From Entomortierella parvispora E1425 (lineage: Eukaryota; Fungi; Mortierellomycota), in assembly GCA_020891255.1 (NCBI GenBank), contig BQFW01000014.1:1426001-1490000 (forward strand): a DNA stretch of 64,000 bases, in the 5' to 3' direction. Each line of letters opens with the position of its first letter. Position 1 is the stretch's first letter. Shown here piece after piece: positions 34,911 through 48,169 of this stretch. Made by a program: the position numbers and the translations under genes. The notes beneath the pieces were generated by a model. That model had not been told where the DNA came from, searched no databases, and saw only the letters and a program-made list of their open reading frames with translations.

Positions 34911-35670
34911 GATGTGCTGAGAGTATCCCGACCCTGTATACAGCTCCTCTGTCCAAGTGCAGACTGCAAAGTATCGTGATAACTCCTGTCTCTCTCCATC
35001 AACGTGCAAAAGCACCCAATGGATCAAAGTGATCGCTCTTTCCACTCAGGAGGATGACTTGCAACAGGTGAATCGGTTCGTTGAATGAACAGCCGAAACG
35101 ATCTCATTGCGCTGTTACTTCTGATTGGATCGACGATTCATCCTTGACTTTCCAGAGCCAGGATGTAGAATCAGATTGACCCCATGGCAAGATGGACCCG
35201 ATTTGATAATCTCCATGATGGCTCCTTCCGGTAGAGTGTCCAGTTGTTGGTAATGAACTAAGAACAGTGTCCAGACATCCTGTGAGGGTCGATATCCCGA
35301 TGGATGGGTTGATGGATGGATGTGATCTGGATCTGTACCATGTCGAAAAATGGGCTATCGAAAAAGAGAAGGAGCTCTTGGTGCTGCAGGCGAAGCCGCA
35401 TTTGAGGGGGTCAAAAATTAAAGTGAGTCACGTGTGGTCCGCAACAGTTTGAATACTTTAGACCCATAAATCTATTTGCTGCTGTTGTCAAGTATCTCAA
35501 CAAGGCAAGCAATCCTTCATTCACTTCGTTCATTCATCCCTTCAACTGCAGCGCTCATAATCCATCGTCCTTCTCCGTCAATAGCGACCGAGTAACCCCA
35601 TCCATCACCTCCCCTCTCTATTTCTCTCTCCAGTTATTCAGAGTGAACACTCTCTCTCCACACGCACAAC

Positions 35671-37189
35671 ATGAGCACATCGGATCAATGGATATTCAAA
35701 AAGGAAGATCTCTACCGGACCCCTTCACAGACCATGGGCGGAAGCACCTATTCTGAAGAAAAGGAGGCTCGTGCGAAGGGAGTTACCTTTATAGTCTCGG
35801 TCGGGATGCACCTCAAATTGTAACTACTGGATGAGATGTTGCCTCCATGCCAATGAATACCGGCTCCATGAAATCGTTCCAACTAACAGGTCTGTTTATT
35901 TGCAATCACCATAGGCCACAACTGACAATGGCGACTGCAGCACTCTTCTTCCATCGATTCTACATGCGACATTCTCTCAAGGATTACAAATTTTATGTAT
36001 GTGCTTCTGCATACCAGGAAGAATGGAGACAGACTTGCACTGTAACTGATACTGTATTTACTGTACTCAACTTCAATTCTGCAGGACATTGGCGCCACCT
36101 GTATATATCTCGCCAGCAAAACTGAAGAATCCACACGAAAGTTCAAGGATGTGATCGTTGCTTGTGCTCAGAAGGCGGCCAAGAGGGATGCGCCGATTGA
36201 GGATTCGTCAAAAGTACAACAGAATAGGCGTTTGCTTTTGTTTCGATCTTATTGTAATCGCAGTTGTAATCTAACAAATTACCTATCTTGATTTATAGGA
36301 GTTCCGAGTATGGAAAGACACCATCATCTTTACAGAGGAGCTGTTGTTGGAGACGCTCTGCTTTGAGTTGAGTGTAGAGCATCCATATCACTTCATGCTG
36401 ACTCTCTTCAACAACCACTATGTCAAAGAGTCCAATCGTAAGGATATTTTTTAGGAAAAGGAAATAGGAGGCGCCCCACTCATTTTCCAGATCTAACATC
36501 CCTCGTTCTCTCCCTTATAGGGTCTGCACACCTGAGACAAGTAGCATGGGCGTTCATCAATGACAGGTGTGTGTTTTTAGCTGAAAATGAAGTCAGCATG
36601 ACTCTTTCAACTTTGACATGGAGTTTTGACCGCGCCTCCTTTTTGATATAGCTTGAGGACCACACTTTGTCTTCTTTACCCACCACGGATTATTGCCCTC
36701 GCAGCGGTCCATATTGCAGCCAAGTACCTTGATGAAAACCTGAACGAAACATTAGGAGATACTTGGAGAGAGCTTTATGAACCCGACAATCAGGAGATTC
36801 AAGGTAGGGCTGGGGATTAATCAGGATCTATTAGAAATGATTGACACAACTTTGCCAAACAACAAACTTAACTTCTGCACTTCTGAGAAAATTGTAGACG
36901 CTGCAAATGAGATCATGGACCAATATGCACAGGCGAGCAACAGAAATGGCCGATCGTTCGACAAGGTAACCGTTGAATGTGAAAACCAGGAACGGATGTT
37001 TGATTTTTTTTTTCCATATTTATTAATGATTTTACCCGTATCATGACGTTTGATGAGCAGATTGCACCAGGATCAAAGCCAGGAAGTGAATACCAAGAAA
37101 ACAACACACCGGCCTATGCTGGGTACCTGAACAGTCCTGCAAAGTTGGCGACGCCAGTGTACAGCCACGATGCCTCTATTGTGCCATGA
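35671..37189 (+). CDS. Transcriptional cyclin (cyclin T/K, Pch1/Bur2-like), multi-exon
   Basis: QWIFKKEDLYRTPS, RAKGVTFI, ATAALFFHRFYMRHS, YLASKTEE, EELLLETLCFELSVEHPY, AWAFINDS. Confidence 0.9.
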
Positions 37190-37655
37190 GTGGCTGCATG
37201 TCTCTAGGATTAGACAGCACGAGCACGAAAAAAGAACCCCATCGAGAAAACAGAGCTTTGTCGATAATAAATGGCCGCTATGCGCGTGCCCCTCTGGCAA
37301 AAAGCCAAAGCATGTCCTGGAGTGCTGGAGAAACGCGACGTGATCACATGACCCATGGAAGGGAGAGAGCGAGAACAAGCCCAGACAAGGGCGGTGTGGT
37401 GTGCGACACAACCTTCTTCTTCCTCTTCGTTTCATCGTCCTCATCTGTTGTCCACCCCTCTCGCTTTGTCTACCTTCCCTGGCTCTCTCGTTCTCTCTCC
37501 TCTCTCCTCGCCACCGCCTCTGTCTTGTGCCTCCGTCTCTTACTTCCTACTTTCTGTAGCTGGTCTTGCTACTCTCGCCTTGCATGCACACACCTGCTTC
37601 CAACACCCGCACCTGCCGTTGAACCTTGCACTCTCTTGTGCCGTCGTCCTTGCCA

Positions 37656-40600
37656 ATGTCGAGCAAGCGAATTGCCACCGGGGACACCATCTTTGCCAGT
37701 CAACTCTTTACTAGACAGGAACTGGTGGGGAGGGGTGCCTATGGTGCGGTCTACAAAGGGTAAGGGCCACGCATGCATCTTTTTTTCATTGAAGGAAGGA
37801 GGGCTCAAGTTGGACTGACCGCCTGTCCGCACTGTCTGCAATGCAACTCAGCACGGATGAGCTGCTGCTTGACACTTTTGGCTTGAATATCTGCGAGCGA
37901 CACCGGGCATTCGAGCCCAATAGGATGGGATGAGATGGGATGGGAAGGTATGGCGGCATGATCGCATCTATTTTGCAACTAATATACTCACCACCCCCTC
38001 TCTTCAAACAATTCAACAGCATAGAGAATGCGACCCAGCAAGTGGTGGCCATCAAAGTGCTCAATCTCGACACGGAGGAGGAAGACGTCTCTGACATTCA
38101 GCGCGAGATTGCTACACTTTCTCAACTCAAGAACTGCGACTCGCAAAACATCACCCGGTACCATGGAAGCTTCCTCAATGGCACCAAGCTGTGGATCGTG
38201 ATGGACTATGCCGCAGGGGGAAGCATACGGTCCTTGGTAAGAGAAGAAGATAGCATTAGAGAACGCGAAATATGGTTTCAGGGATCAAAGTGTGAAGTGC
38301 ATGTGTTGGTGGCAAACAGGGAGGGCGTGCGTGGATGCAGGCAGCCCCAACTGTAGAAAACGGCCGTCTGATCCCATCCCTTCTTCCTTTTCATCTCTTT
38401 CTCCCGTATGCCTTGTCTGCTCCAACCCGCCCCCCGCTCCATAGCTACAAGCCCTGACACGGATCGATGAAAAGTGCATTGCAGTCATTGCCCGTGAGGT
38501 TCTCCAAGCGCTGGGCTACCTCCATAAGCACGGGATTATTCACCGAGACATCAAAGGCAGGTGCAATGATTAACCCGCAAAAGCTCGCAAAAGGGCCAAA
38601 GAGCAGCAGGACCAAAGGTCCATGGTCAGAGATCAATCTCGGATTACTGACAAGCCCACCAACTTCTATTTTGTTGTTGTCTTGTACCCCTCTGTTCTCA
38701 TCATGCGCTGCCCTCATTCGGCACGTGTGCTTACGAAACTTGTCCCCTTCGTCTTGTTCGCCCACCCAGCTGCCAACATCTTACTGACGGATGAGGGAAG
38801 GGTTCAGCTCTGCGATTTTGGTGTTGCAGGACAAGTCACCATGAATTCGCTGAAACGAAACTCGTTTGTTGGAACACCGTACTGGATGGCCCCAGAGGTT
38901 ATCAAAGAAGGACAGACCTATGACTTCAAGGTACCGGAGCTCTTCTTTTTTTAATTCTGTCCATCTTATGTACAAATTTACTTATACGATTGCTCGATTT
39001 TTTTATCTTTAGGCCGATATTTGGTCCTTGGGAATCACTATTTATGAAATTGCTACAGGAAACCCACCTTTTGCAGATCAGGATCCTATGAGAGCAGTCT
39101 CTCTGATCCCAAAGTCGCGGCCGGCACAATTGGAAGGCGACTGGTCACCGGCAATGAAAGAGTTTGTCGCACTTTGCTTACACGAGGAACCAAATGAGGT
39201 ATATTGCCAAAACGACCGAGAAACGCGCCATCTCCACTACGATTCGCACTGTTAACAAACGCCTCATCTTTTCCTTATAGCGACCTTCTGCTGAGGACTT
39301 GCTGAAGACCAAGTGGATCAAGAGCACCAGCAAAAACTCTTTGGTTCTCCTGAAAGACCTTGTGGCGAAATACGAGCACCACAAACTGGAATCGGCTCTC
39401 AACAAAGATGAAACAGGCGGGTAAGCTCTTTTCCCTGGCATTTTTGAGCTATTTTCACAAACCCGACAATTGGTTGCTAACAGGGGTTTCCTCGATAGTG
39501 AAATCGACATTGATCATGAGCTTGAAAACTTTGATATGGAGGTCGACCCTGATGCATGGAGATTTGACGTAAGTGTTGTGATATTGGCTTCCTACAGCTC
39601 CTGCATATCCGGGTCTTTGGGTTATTTAACTTTTTTCTTTTTTTTTTCTTCTTTTTTTTCATAGACTGCAAAGACAGTACCAAAACCAACACCATCGAGA
39701 GCATCCAGTATAAGTAGACCTTCGACAGATCCTAGCAGCGATCTCACAACTGTGAGGAGTCCCATTCAGTCTGCTCAGGACAGTGGGGTGGTCATGCAGG
39801 GTCGCAACGGAAAGCAGCAAGACTTCGAGCACAAGAGGCAGGAGAGCGGAGCTCCTTCATCATCAGCTGCACTTGCTACTTCTCCAACCGTCAAAGCAAA
39901 AGCGAACCCCTCGTCTCCTCCGACATCCAAAAAACGCTTTCCTTTGATATCACAACCATCCATTATTTCTCATGAGTCACATCCTCTCCTTCGACTGTTC
40001 ATGCACCACAAAAGCGCCAGTGAGGAAGACCTGTCGACATCGCATTCACATCACTCTCAAGGGATTCAGCTCACATCTGCACCAATGACCTTGACTATTC
40101 CAAATCTGGACGAGGTCACAAATGCTCGACTGGCTTCTAAATCACCAGTTCCAGGGTCAGAATCCAGTGCAACCTTTGATCACTTCCACCCACCACAGCT
40201 TCAGTACTCTGCCGCCCAAGCAGAAAAACGAGCCTCAGAGTCGACAAGACTTCCGTTTGGATTCAATATGTCAAAGCCGTTCAGGATAGACAGGAGGCCG
40301 TCAGCGCCAGTGCTCATGGGATCAAATCCAGGGCCCGATTTCCCATTTCATAGCCATGGAATGTTGAACCGTGGACCTGTAGGAAGCTCGCCTCTCACCT
40401 CACCTCGAGCAGTTGCGCCACCACCACAATCCTCAATCCTGTCCAACATGCATATGAGAAACGGACTCCCAGATCTGGATAGCGCGGCCTCTTCCTTGGC
40501 CAGCATCAGCAACAAGGGCAGTCAAAGCCACGAGATTATCATACCAAGCCAACACCAGTGCGTTCCACAGACCAACGGAAGACCAAACTCTACTCCTGCC

Positions 40601-42725
40601 TCGCCAGCACTCCCCCCAATGTCGGTGATGGGATCAAATCTCGGACCATCGCAACCTACAGGAGCATCAAGAGACATCTCACGACTGAATGGTGCCCGTA
40701 GGCCCTCTCCAACAATACCGCAGCCTGTCACGATACCCCAGCAACAACAGCAGCAACAACAACAACAACAATCAAACCAAAGTCGATCTCAGGTGGACGC
40801 ACGGAGCAACCTTCCTCCTCAGATCCCACACCGAAAAGCAAGTCTGGACTTTTCCCAGAATGAGCGGCAAACGCTCTTGCGACCAACATTGCCCTTGAGA
40901 CCACCTAGTGCAGCCGCAGTGCGGAGCTCTACGTTCCATGGCCTTGATTCAGCACCGCTCACTAACATTGCAATTGGCAACGAGGCTCTTGGATCATTCG
41001 CCAATGGATATGGACTTTCGGGGCTGAGTATCCAGCCGATAAATATAAGCGAAGAAAAGCTCCCGCCATTTGGACATTCTGCAGCCCATCTCAGATTACT
41101 GAACGCCCTGCCCGACACCGCACCTCCAACCGCCAATGGATTTCACCAGGGGAGCAGTACTTCGAGCGAAAAAGATGGACAGTCTCCGGCATTGAGCACT
41201 AGCGGCGACCCTACTTTTGGGCAAATGAACAACGCGTCATCACAAACTCACGCCACCGCCTCCTCTGCGTCCTCGACTGCCTCAAGTGTGCCATCCCCAG
41301 TACCCAATTCGAGCACGCCTGGCGGAGGATTTGCAGCAACGATGTCCAATGCAAGTCAGAATGCCGTTCTCCCAAGACCTGGGTTGAGAACTGTGGGTTC
41401 GAGTGAAAATTTCGCGCGAAGAATTCGATCGGCGAGCATGCTGAGAAGAGCAGAGGAACAACAGGAAAACATGTCAAAAAGTGGATTCCAGCCTAGCAGG
41501 CCGCCTCAACCAAATGGAAACTTATTGGGACAGACACAGCAGCAGCAACAGCATGGTCAGTACCAATCGTACCTCCAGGGACAGTACCAACAGCAGCAGT
41601 TTTCCTATGGTCATGATCCAAATCAGTCAGACATGGGCAGGTATAGACGAGCTAGCTCTCCTCGTCAAAGGAGCACAAGCATGACCAACTTGAACGGAGG
41701 GCATTCCGCTGGACATTCTGTCATCATGATCCCGGCCAAAAAGGTATGTTGAACGGCAGTGGTCCTGATCATGGTTCACGCGGCAAGCCCCATCGATTAT
41801 TTTTTTTTCCTCAGGCGATCATGATCTTCTAACCTTGCATACCACGATCTTCTGACTCTGCATATTTTTATTATTTTTAATTTCGACCCTATGATAGAGC
41901 TCTGTCGATGATTACTCTCCCAACCCCCTATTGCTGCCACCATCGCCTTCCACTACGCGATTTATTGCGCCGTCATCTCTGAACGTGTCGGCACTGTCCT
42001 CCAGCCCACTTCGTCCAACGCTTCATTCCATGGCCTCCTCTTCGTCACTTTCTTCTTCCTATGGCAGTATATCCGGAGCTATGGTCAACAGTCAGTCGGT
42101 TGGAGGAGGAAACAGTAACGTACCTTTTACTCAGCTGCAACAGCACCAGCAGATGCAATATCGTTCTGGCTCCATTTCTGGACCCCCTGGTATGTCTTCC
42201 ATCTCCACTTCGCCCACTTCTCAGCCTCAAGTGACCAGCAACGGACATCATCTTCATCACCATCACCAACAGCTTCATCATCACCACCATTCACATCAGC
42301 TCCCACAACACCAGCCGTACCACAGCAACAACATGCTGCCATCCACATTTAATAGCATCAGTAGCAACCACTCTGCAGGCGGTGTCAAGTCTTTGATGAG
42401 CACCAGCAGTCCCTCCAACCAAGGCAGCGACCATTTTGCCAACGGTGCCTCCTCTAATGCCTCACATTTGGCGCCCAGCTCTTTTGGTCAGTCAAACAAC
42501 AACAGCAACTCTCTCGTCGCCAGCAACAGTCTGCAAAATCTGCAGCAACCACTGCAGCAGGTGCCCATGCATTTGCTTCTGGTGACACCGGAACCGCGTC
42601 CACTCCACATGGATGCACTGCGACGAAACGACGACCTGTTGGATGAGCTTCAGATGACAGTCAATGACCTCTCACAGTGGCTGGAGGTCTTTGAGACGGG
42701 TATCAAGAATGTCCGTCCTACCTGA
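37656..42725 (+). CDS. Ste20/GCK kinase of the Kic1/Nak1 type with a long low-complexity C-terminus
   Basis: [63 protein letters not shown]-terminal helix [20 protein letters not shown]. Confidence 0.9.
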
Positions 42726-42810
42726 TGGAGAGGGATCTGATCTCTCAGTTCCTCTCAATTCTCCCCTCTCCTTCCTTCCCCAATTATGTACAATATATCT
42801 TAATCCGGTT

Positions 42811-43881
42811 TTATTGGTGATATGCCTCGTACCGGTCCATTGGACAAAGATGCTCCAATGCGATTTCCGTGTTATCGATTTTTGGCCGGAGAACAGCGAT
42901 AAAGCCATGTGTTGAGGCCTGTCGTGAAAAATGAAAAAAGAAAAAGTTAGTATTCTAGTCAACACCATTGCGAAATACTCAGTTTTGCTTCGCATGTGTG
43001 GAGGGGTAGATCGAATATTACCTTGTCGACAATAGTGTTAATAACTGTAGGGTCGGTGATCACGGCAGTGCCTCGTCTCAAGAGACGCTCATTCAACTCC
43101 ATGACATGACCTCCAATGGCGCCTCTGATTACAAACATGACTCGAGAGGGATCAACTGATTCTTTGACCTTTGCGGCATCGCGTTGTTGAGCTCTACTAG
43201 ACAATACGGGTGTTGACTCTGAAGTCGTCTCCTCTGCAACTGCCTCTTCTGGAATAGCCCCCTCTTTAGTAGCCTCCTCTACAGATGTCGTGGTCGCTGT
43301 GTCTGTCATGTCAGCGTTCTCTGAAGAAGGGGGTGCGACGTATTCCAGATCCTGAGCCTCAATCTTGCAAATCACCGTCTCTGCATGACAAGCTGGTGGT
43401 GGCTGTTTCTTCGAATTGGCTGGAATGGCTGTTGGTTGAGGTAATGCCGCCATGATCTTTGAATCGAATCTCACATTGAGGACTTTGTACCGATGCTTTT
43501 GAGCGATCAGTGGGTGTGTGGGTGCCAGTCCGGTAATACAGAGCTTGTTGGGTGATTGATACACATATTGATCTCCTCGGATGACTTCCAGTCCTGTTAG
43601 TTGGTCGATAATCTTCTCGGTCGTGGCCTTTCCATCTTTAAAGAGAAATTAGAGAAAAGGGGTTTGGGACGCGTGAGAACGCAGGGAACACGCGTTGTAT
43701 TTTTGTGGGCGGCAAAGACATGGTCCAACCATTGCTCCAGTATTTTTTCTTTGTTACCTGTGGCCAAAAAGTAGTACTTAGTGTAATAGCGCAAAAGGTA
43801 AGCCGATGGGTCAGAGTTCCAGCCCTTGGTCTCTTCCAAGTATGGCGTTACGTCGTATACGATAGGTGCGTGCTCGTCCAT
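42811..43881 (-). CDS. ABITRAM/FAM206A (Simiate)-like protein
   Basis: RYYTKYY, DQYVYQSPNKLCITGLAPTHP, VICKI, RGAIGGHVMELNERL and STHGFIAVLRPK resemble FAM206A motifs recalled from memory. Two introns inferred. Confidence 0.7.
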
Positions 43882-44025
43882 TGAAAGTCTTTGTATAATG
43901 CTGATGTATGAAGAATGGAAGGAGGATGGATCGTGTTCTGAGGCTTCAAATGATGAAAAGTCAAAAATGGTGGCAAAGAAAAAAAATGCAATTGTGCACA
44001 ACACGTGATTTTTTAATTTGTCGAT

Positions 44026-45086
44026 TTAGTCGAGCTTTTCATCGTCCGTTCGGGACATTCTCGAGTCTTGCTCTGCTCGCTCGATCTCTGCTGGGAGAGT
44101 CTTCCAGAGCTGGGCATGACCCTTTTTCTGTAATGGCTTGAAGTACGGCTTTGATGAGGATTCACTGCTAGATCTTGTTGAGACTGAATCGGCTTGATCT
44201 GTCGAGTTGGTCCCTGAAATTGTCGGTTCTGACGATATTCCTGAAACTCCTTTGGACAGGGCAGACACAAATGCGGCGCCTTCTGAACTGACAGTCCCTT
44301 CCTCTTCAACACCCTGACGTCCCTCATCTGAATGGCCTGAATTTGCTGCTTGCTCTGCCTGGGCGCTCTTGGCGCGCAACTCCTCCAGATCATAGAATCC
44401 ATTGAATCCAGTGTTTGTGTGCTTAACAGCTCTCCGGATAGGAATAAAACCAGTCCGCTTCAACTCAAAGTCCTTCCTGCCTACGCGAATGTATCCATCT
44501 GCCAATGCCTTGTCTATCGATTCTTCATTCTTGAACGTCAAAAATCCATATCCAAAGTATCTCTTTGTTTCGGGGCACTATTTTTAAAATGACAAGCAAT
44601 TAGGATAAAGATCCTTCATATCAAGTGAAGCTGTTCACAACAATATTAGCCCCTTTGAGGAAATAGTTATTTTCATACCCGTGAGAATTGGTACTGGGTC
44701 AAGGGTCCATAATTTGACTTGATGTGGCTGATAAACACTTGGGCTTCCTCCAACGATCCAAGTTTGTCCGGACTCCTGAAAAAGAGTCTGTAGAGATTTG
44801 GGTTGTCCTGTGGTTTGACAAACGAGTTGCCGTTGCTGTTGACATGGTTTTGAGAAGAGTTCTCGTTGGAGTTATGGACATAGACTTTCTTGGGCTTTCG
44901 GCCCTGATAATTAGAGGAGGTGGTGGTTTGATTAGGGACGACATTCTTGTTCTTCTGGCGAAGGGATTCAGATTCGGCCTGAGTAGACATGAATCGGAAA
45001 AGAGACGACGATGATCCGGGAGTGAGTCTGGGCACGGTGACCCGTGCTGTCTGTGCCAGGGTCAGTGCGAGTGTGGCTAAGGACAT
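44026..45086 (-). CDS. RRM-containing protein with a putative mitochondrial presequence
   Basis: Arg/Ser/Leu-rich N-terminus MSLATLALTLAQTARVTVPRL; RNP1-like RYFGYGFLTFKNEES after one intron. Confidence 0.7.
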
Positions 45087-45524
45087 GGCGGATGCGATGA
45101 AGCGAGCGAGCGTTCGGGAGAAAAGCGAAGAGAAGAGAGACGAGTGGATAAATGCAGACTGCTTGAATGAACAAAGAGTGGACAAGTGACAGACTGAATG
45201 AAAGAAGGAAGTCAACTACTGTAGCGAGAAGAAGACAGAAGAAAAAGGAGAACAAAGATCTGATCAGACACGGACATGCGGGACCCCTTTGCTCTCTCTC
45301 TGCCTGTGGCTTTTCTTTCCCTTTTCACACTCTCGCACACTCTCAGACTCTCTTCTTTCTTCTTCCCCGCCTCTCTCCACTCCCTTCGACAAAGACCTCT
45401 TTCGCACTTTTACTCAAACCATTCCTTTCCATCCATCTATCCATCCCATCTTGTCCCATTCTATCCTTCCATCTCTCCTGCTTCTTTCTCTTCCTTCTTT
45501 TCTTGTTCCATTCACATCCTCAAC

Positions 45525-47751
45525 ATGCACAGTCTCTGGACCGGCACCACGCTGGCGCTGACCTGTGCCCTCCTTTGCGTGGCACACGCTCACGCCCAGG
45601 TCTGGCCCGAGCAGCTTCAGCCCCAACTCCCTTTTGCCTCCTTGCGCCACAGACCCCCTGTGGACCACAACGCGGACTATGCTCGCTTTGACGACGAGCA
45701 GGTCTTCCGTCTCGATGTCTCGTCCCTGGAGCAGCTCAAGCAGCTCGAGGCGGCCGTTGAGGTAACAGAAAATCACCTTGGATAGAAATGAACCCCACCC
45801 AAAAAATCTTTCCTCTTCTCGTGCATGGGAACGACATAAAATGAAAAATGACCGTTCGCTATGTCGCGTGAGAATGTGGCCCCTCCTTCGTCCTCTTGTG
45901 CGCCCAGTCATATATTTTTTCTCCCATGGTCCTATTCGTCAGACAATCTATGTGTCTGCCAGCATCAACAATCTCACACGCTACCTCTGCTATCCGTCCT
46001 CCTCGCTCCTACTACCTTCACCCATCGTCCACATGTAGACACATAATCTCGACCTATGGTCTCACCTGAGAATCGGCTCCGTCGATGTTCGTGTGCCTGT
46101 TCAGAAGCTGGACCTCTTCCAGTCTGCAACAGCCTCCATCCCCTCGACCGTCATGATACCCGACCTGCAGCAGTTGGTGTCTGAGCAGACCTCACCATCA
46201 TTGCTTCATGCCCGCCAGGGAGAATGGAACTTCACAGACAACTCGTTCTGGCTCAAGTACCATGATTTTGCGACCCTGAACAACTTTACAGAGACTATGG
46301 TGCAACAGTTCCCTGATCTGGTCAAGCGTGTCTCCATCGGACATACCTATGAAGGTCGAGAGGTCTTTGGTATGTCCATTCACGGATTCAAGGCCAAGAA
46401 GGACAAGAAGAAAAAGAAGCCTGAAAAGTCGAGAAAAGGCCGCTCTTGGTTCGCTGATGAAGACAACGAAGATGAGGATCAACTGGACGACGAAGAGATG
46501 CAAGACGACAACGAGGGTCTTCAGCTTGGGGGCGAGACTGAATTTGACAAGGAGGTCAACGCCTGGTGGTCCTGGCTCTTTGGCCACTCGAGAAAGTCGT
46601 CCAAGAAGCCTTCCAAGCCAAAGAAGAACCCAAAGGCGATTATCATTCATGCAGGACAGCACGCCAGAGGTAAGGTCTTTTACTTCAGTACGCCGCATTG
46701 GCGCAAACAATCGCAGCCAGGCAAACGTATCTTTTTCCATCTTTTTGGCTCTTTACTGATTTTTTTTTTTTTTTTCATTTCCTCATATAGAGTGGATTGG
46801 ACCCGCCGTTGTCTCTTACATTGCCAAGGAGCTTATCCTTGGATACCGCCACAACAAAAAGATCACTCGACTTGTAGACCAGTTCGAGTTTGTGATTGTT
46901 CCAGTGCTGAACGCAGATGGCTATGTCTTCACCTGGGAACACAACCGAATGTGGAGAAAGAACCGACAGCCGACCTCCATTCCCTTCTGCCCTGGCATTG
47001 TAAGGGTCGATTAGCTCTCATTTCGTTGGATTTTATATTGCCTTTATCTCTTTACACGATTCTCAACTGACCTTGCTGACCGCTTTTTCCTTAATTTTTT
47101 GACAGGATCCTAATCGTAACTGGGGCTACATGTGGAATACCGGTGGAAGTTCATCTAATCCATGTAATGAAGGATATCATGGACCTGAGGCGTTCGCGGC
47201 ATTGGAGGCCAAGATGATGTCGGACTATATTCTTCAACGCAAGAATGTTGTAGCTTATATTGATCTTCATTCCTACGCTCAACTCTGGATGTCACCATTT
47301 GGTGGCGATTGCTCAAAGATTCCAAAGGACGACGAGGATATTATGGAGGGCAGCATGGGAGCAGCCAAAGCCTTGCATGATGTCCATGGCAAGAAATATT
47401 CCGTCGGCAGTGTTTGCAGCTTGATCTATCAATCAAGCGGTGGATCGATTGACTGGTACATTCACCTCGAAATATGTCAATGCAGGAAAGGGAATTCTTC
47501 TCCTTTGGTGTGTTCAAACACAAGATATTAACGGCCAAAACTGTTTTTTCTTCTTGTAATTCATCTTTAGGACCTATGCGGAAGCTAATGTGAAATATTC
47601 GTACAGTATCGAACTTCGAGATACTGGACGCCATGGTTTCTTGCTTCCCGAGGACGAGATTCTTCCGTCATCAGAGGAAACGATGGCGGGCATCATGTAC
47701 TTGGCCAATTTCATCCGCAAGCGTGAGAAGCAATGGGGATATTTGGTCTAA
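45525..47751 (+). CDS. Secreted M14A zinc carboxypeptidase with propeptide
   Basis: Signal peptide and propeptide (VFRLDV, NLDLW, VDVRVP). Zinc ligands HARE and LHSY, NADGY, RMWRKNR, DPNRNW, SIELRD. Confidence 0.93.
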
Positions 47752-48169
47752 GTTATAACAATAAAAGACAGTGTGTTTTTTTGACCCTTCATCATCTTTG
47801 CCACAGCAGATTTTGAAAAGACTGACGTTGCTACTTTTTCAAACCCAAGACACTGCAAAGACCTCGAGAAAGCACAGAGAAAATGCATTACTGCAAACAG
47901 CAAGGGGGCGCAGAAACCAGACCAAACCTGGGAGAACCCGTGAAATAGGGGCTACTACCCTCCCGACTTTTTTTCCCTTTAGCCGTGGGGTTCGTCTTGT
48001 CCACTTTCCCTACACTTCCTTTGCCACGCACGCACCCCTCCTCTTGCTTTGCCTTCAGTTTCAGAACAAAAAAAAAAAACATTCACCTCCACCTTTCTCT
48101 TTCTTTCTAAGGCCCACTCCATCTCCCACTCCCAACACCAAACCAACACCAAGCTACCAGATCCACTAA

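Noticed and set aside
35030-35160. Possible intronic C/D snoRNA upstream of RPL11 (AGGATGA...CTGA)
   Set aside because: Box C is imperfect and I could not identify an rRNA-complementary guide; needs snoscan or Infernal.
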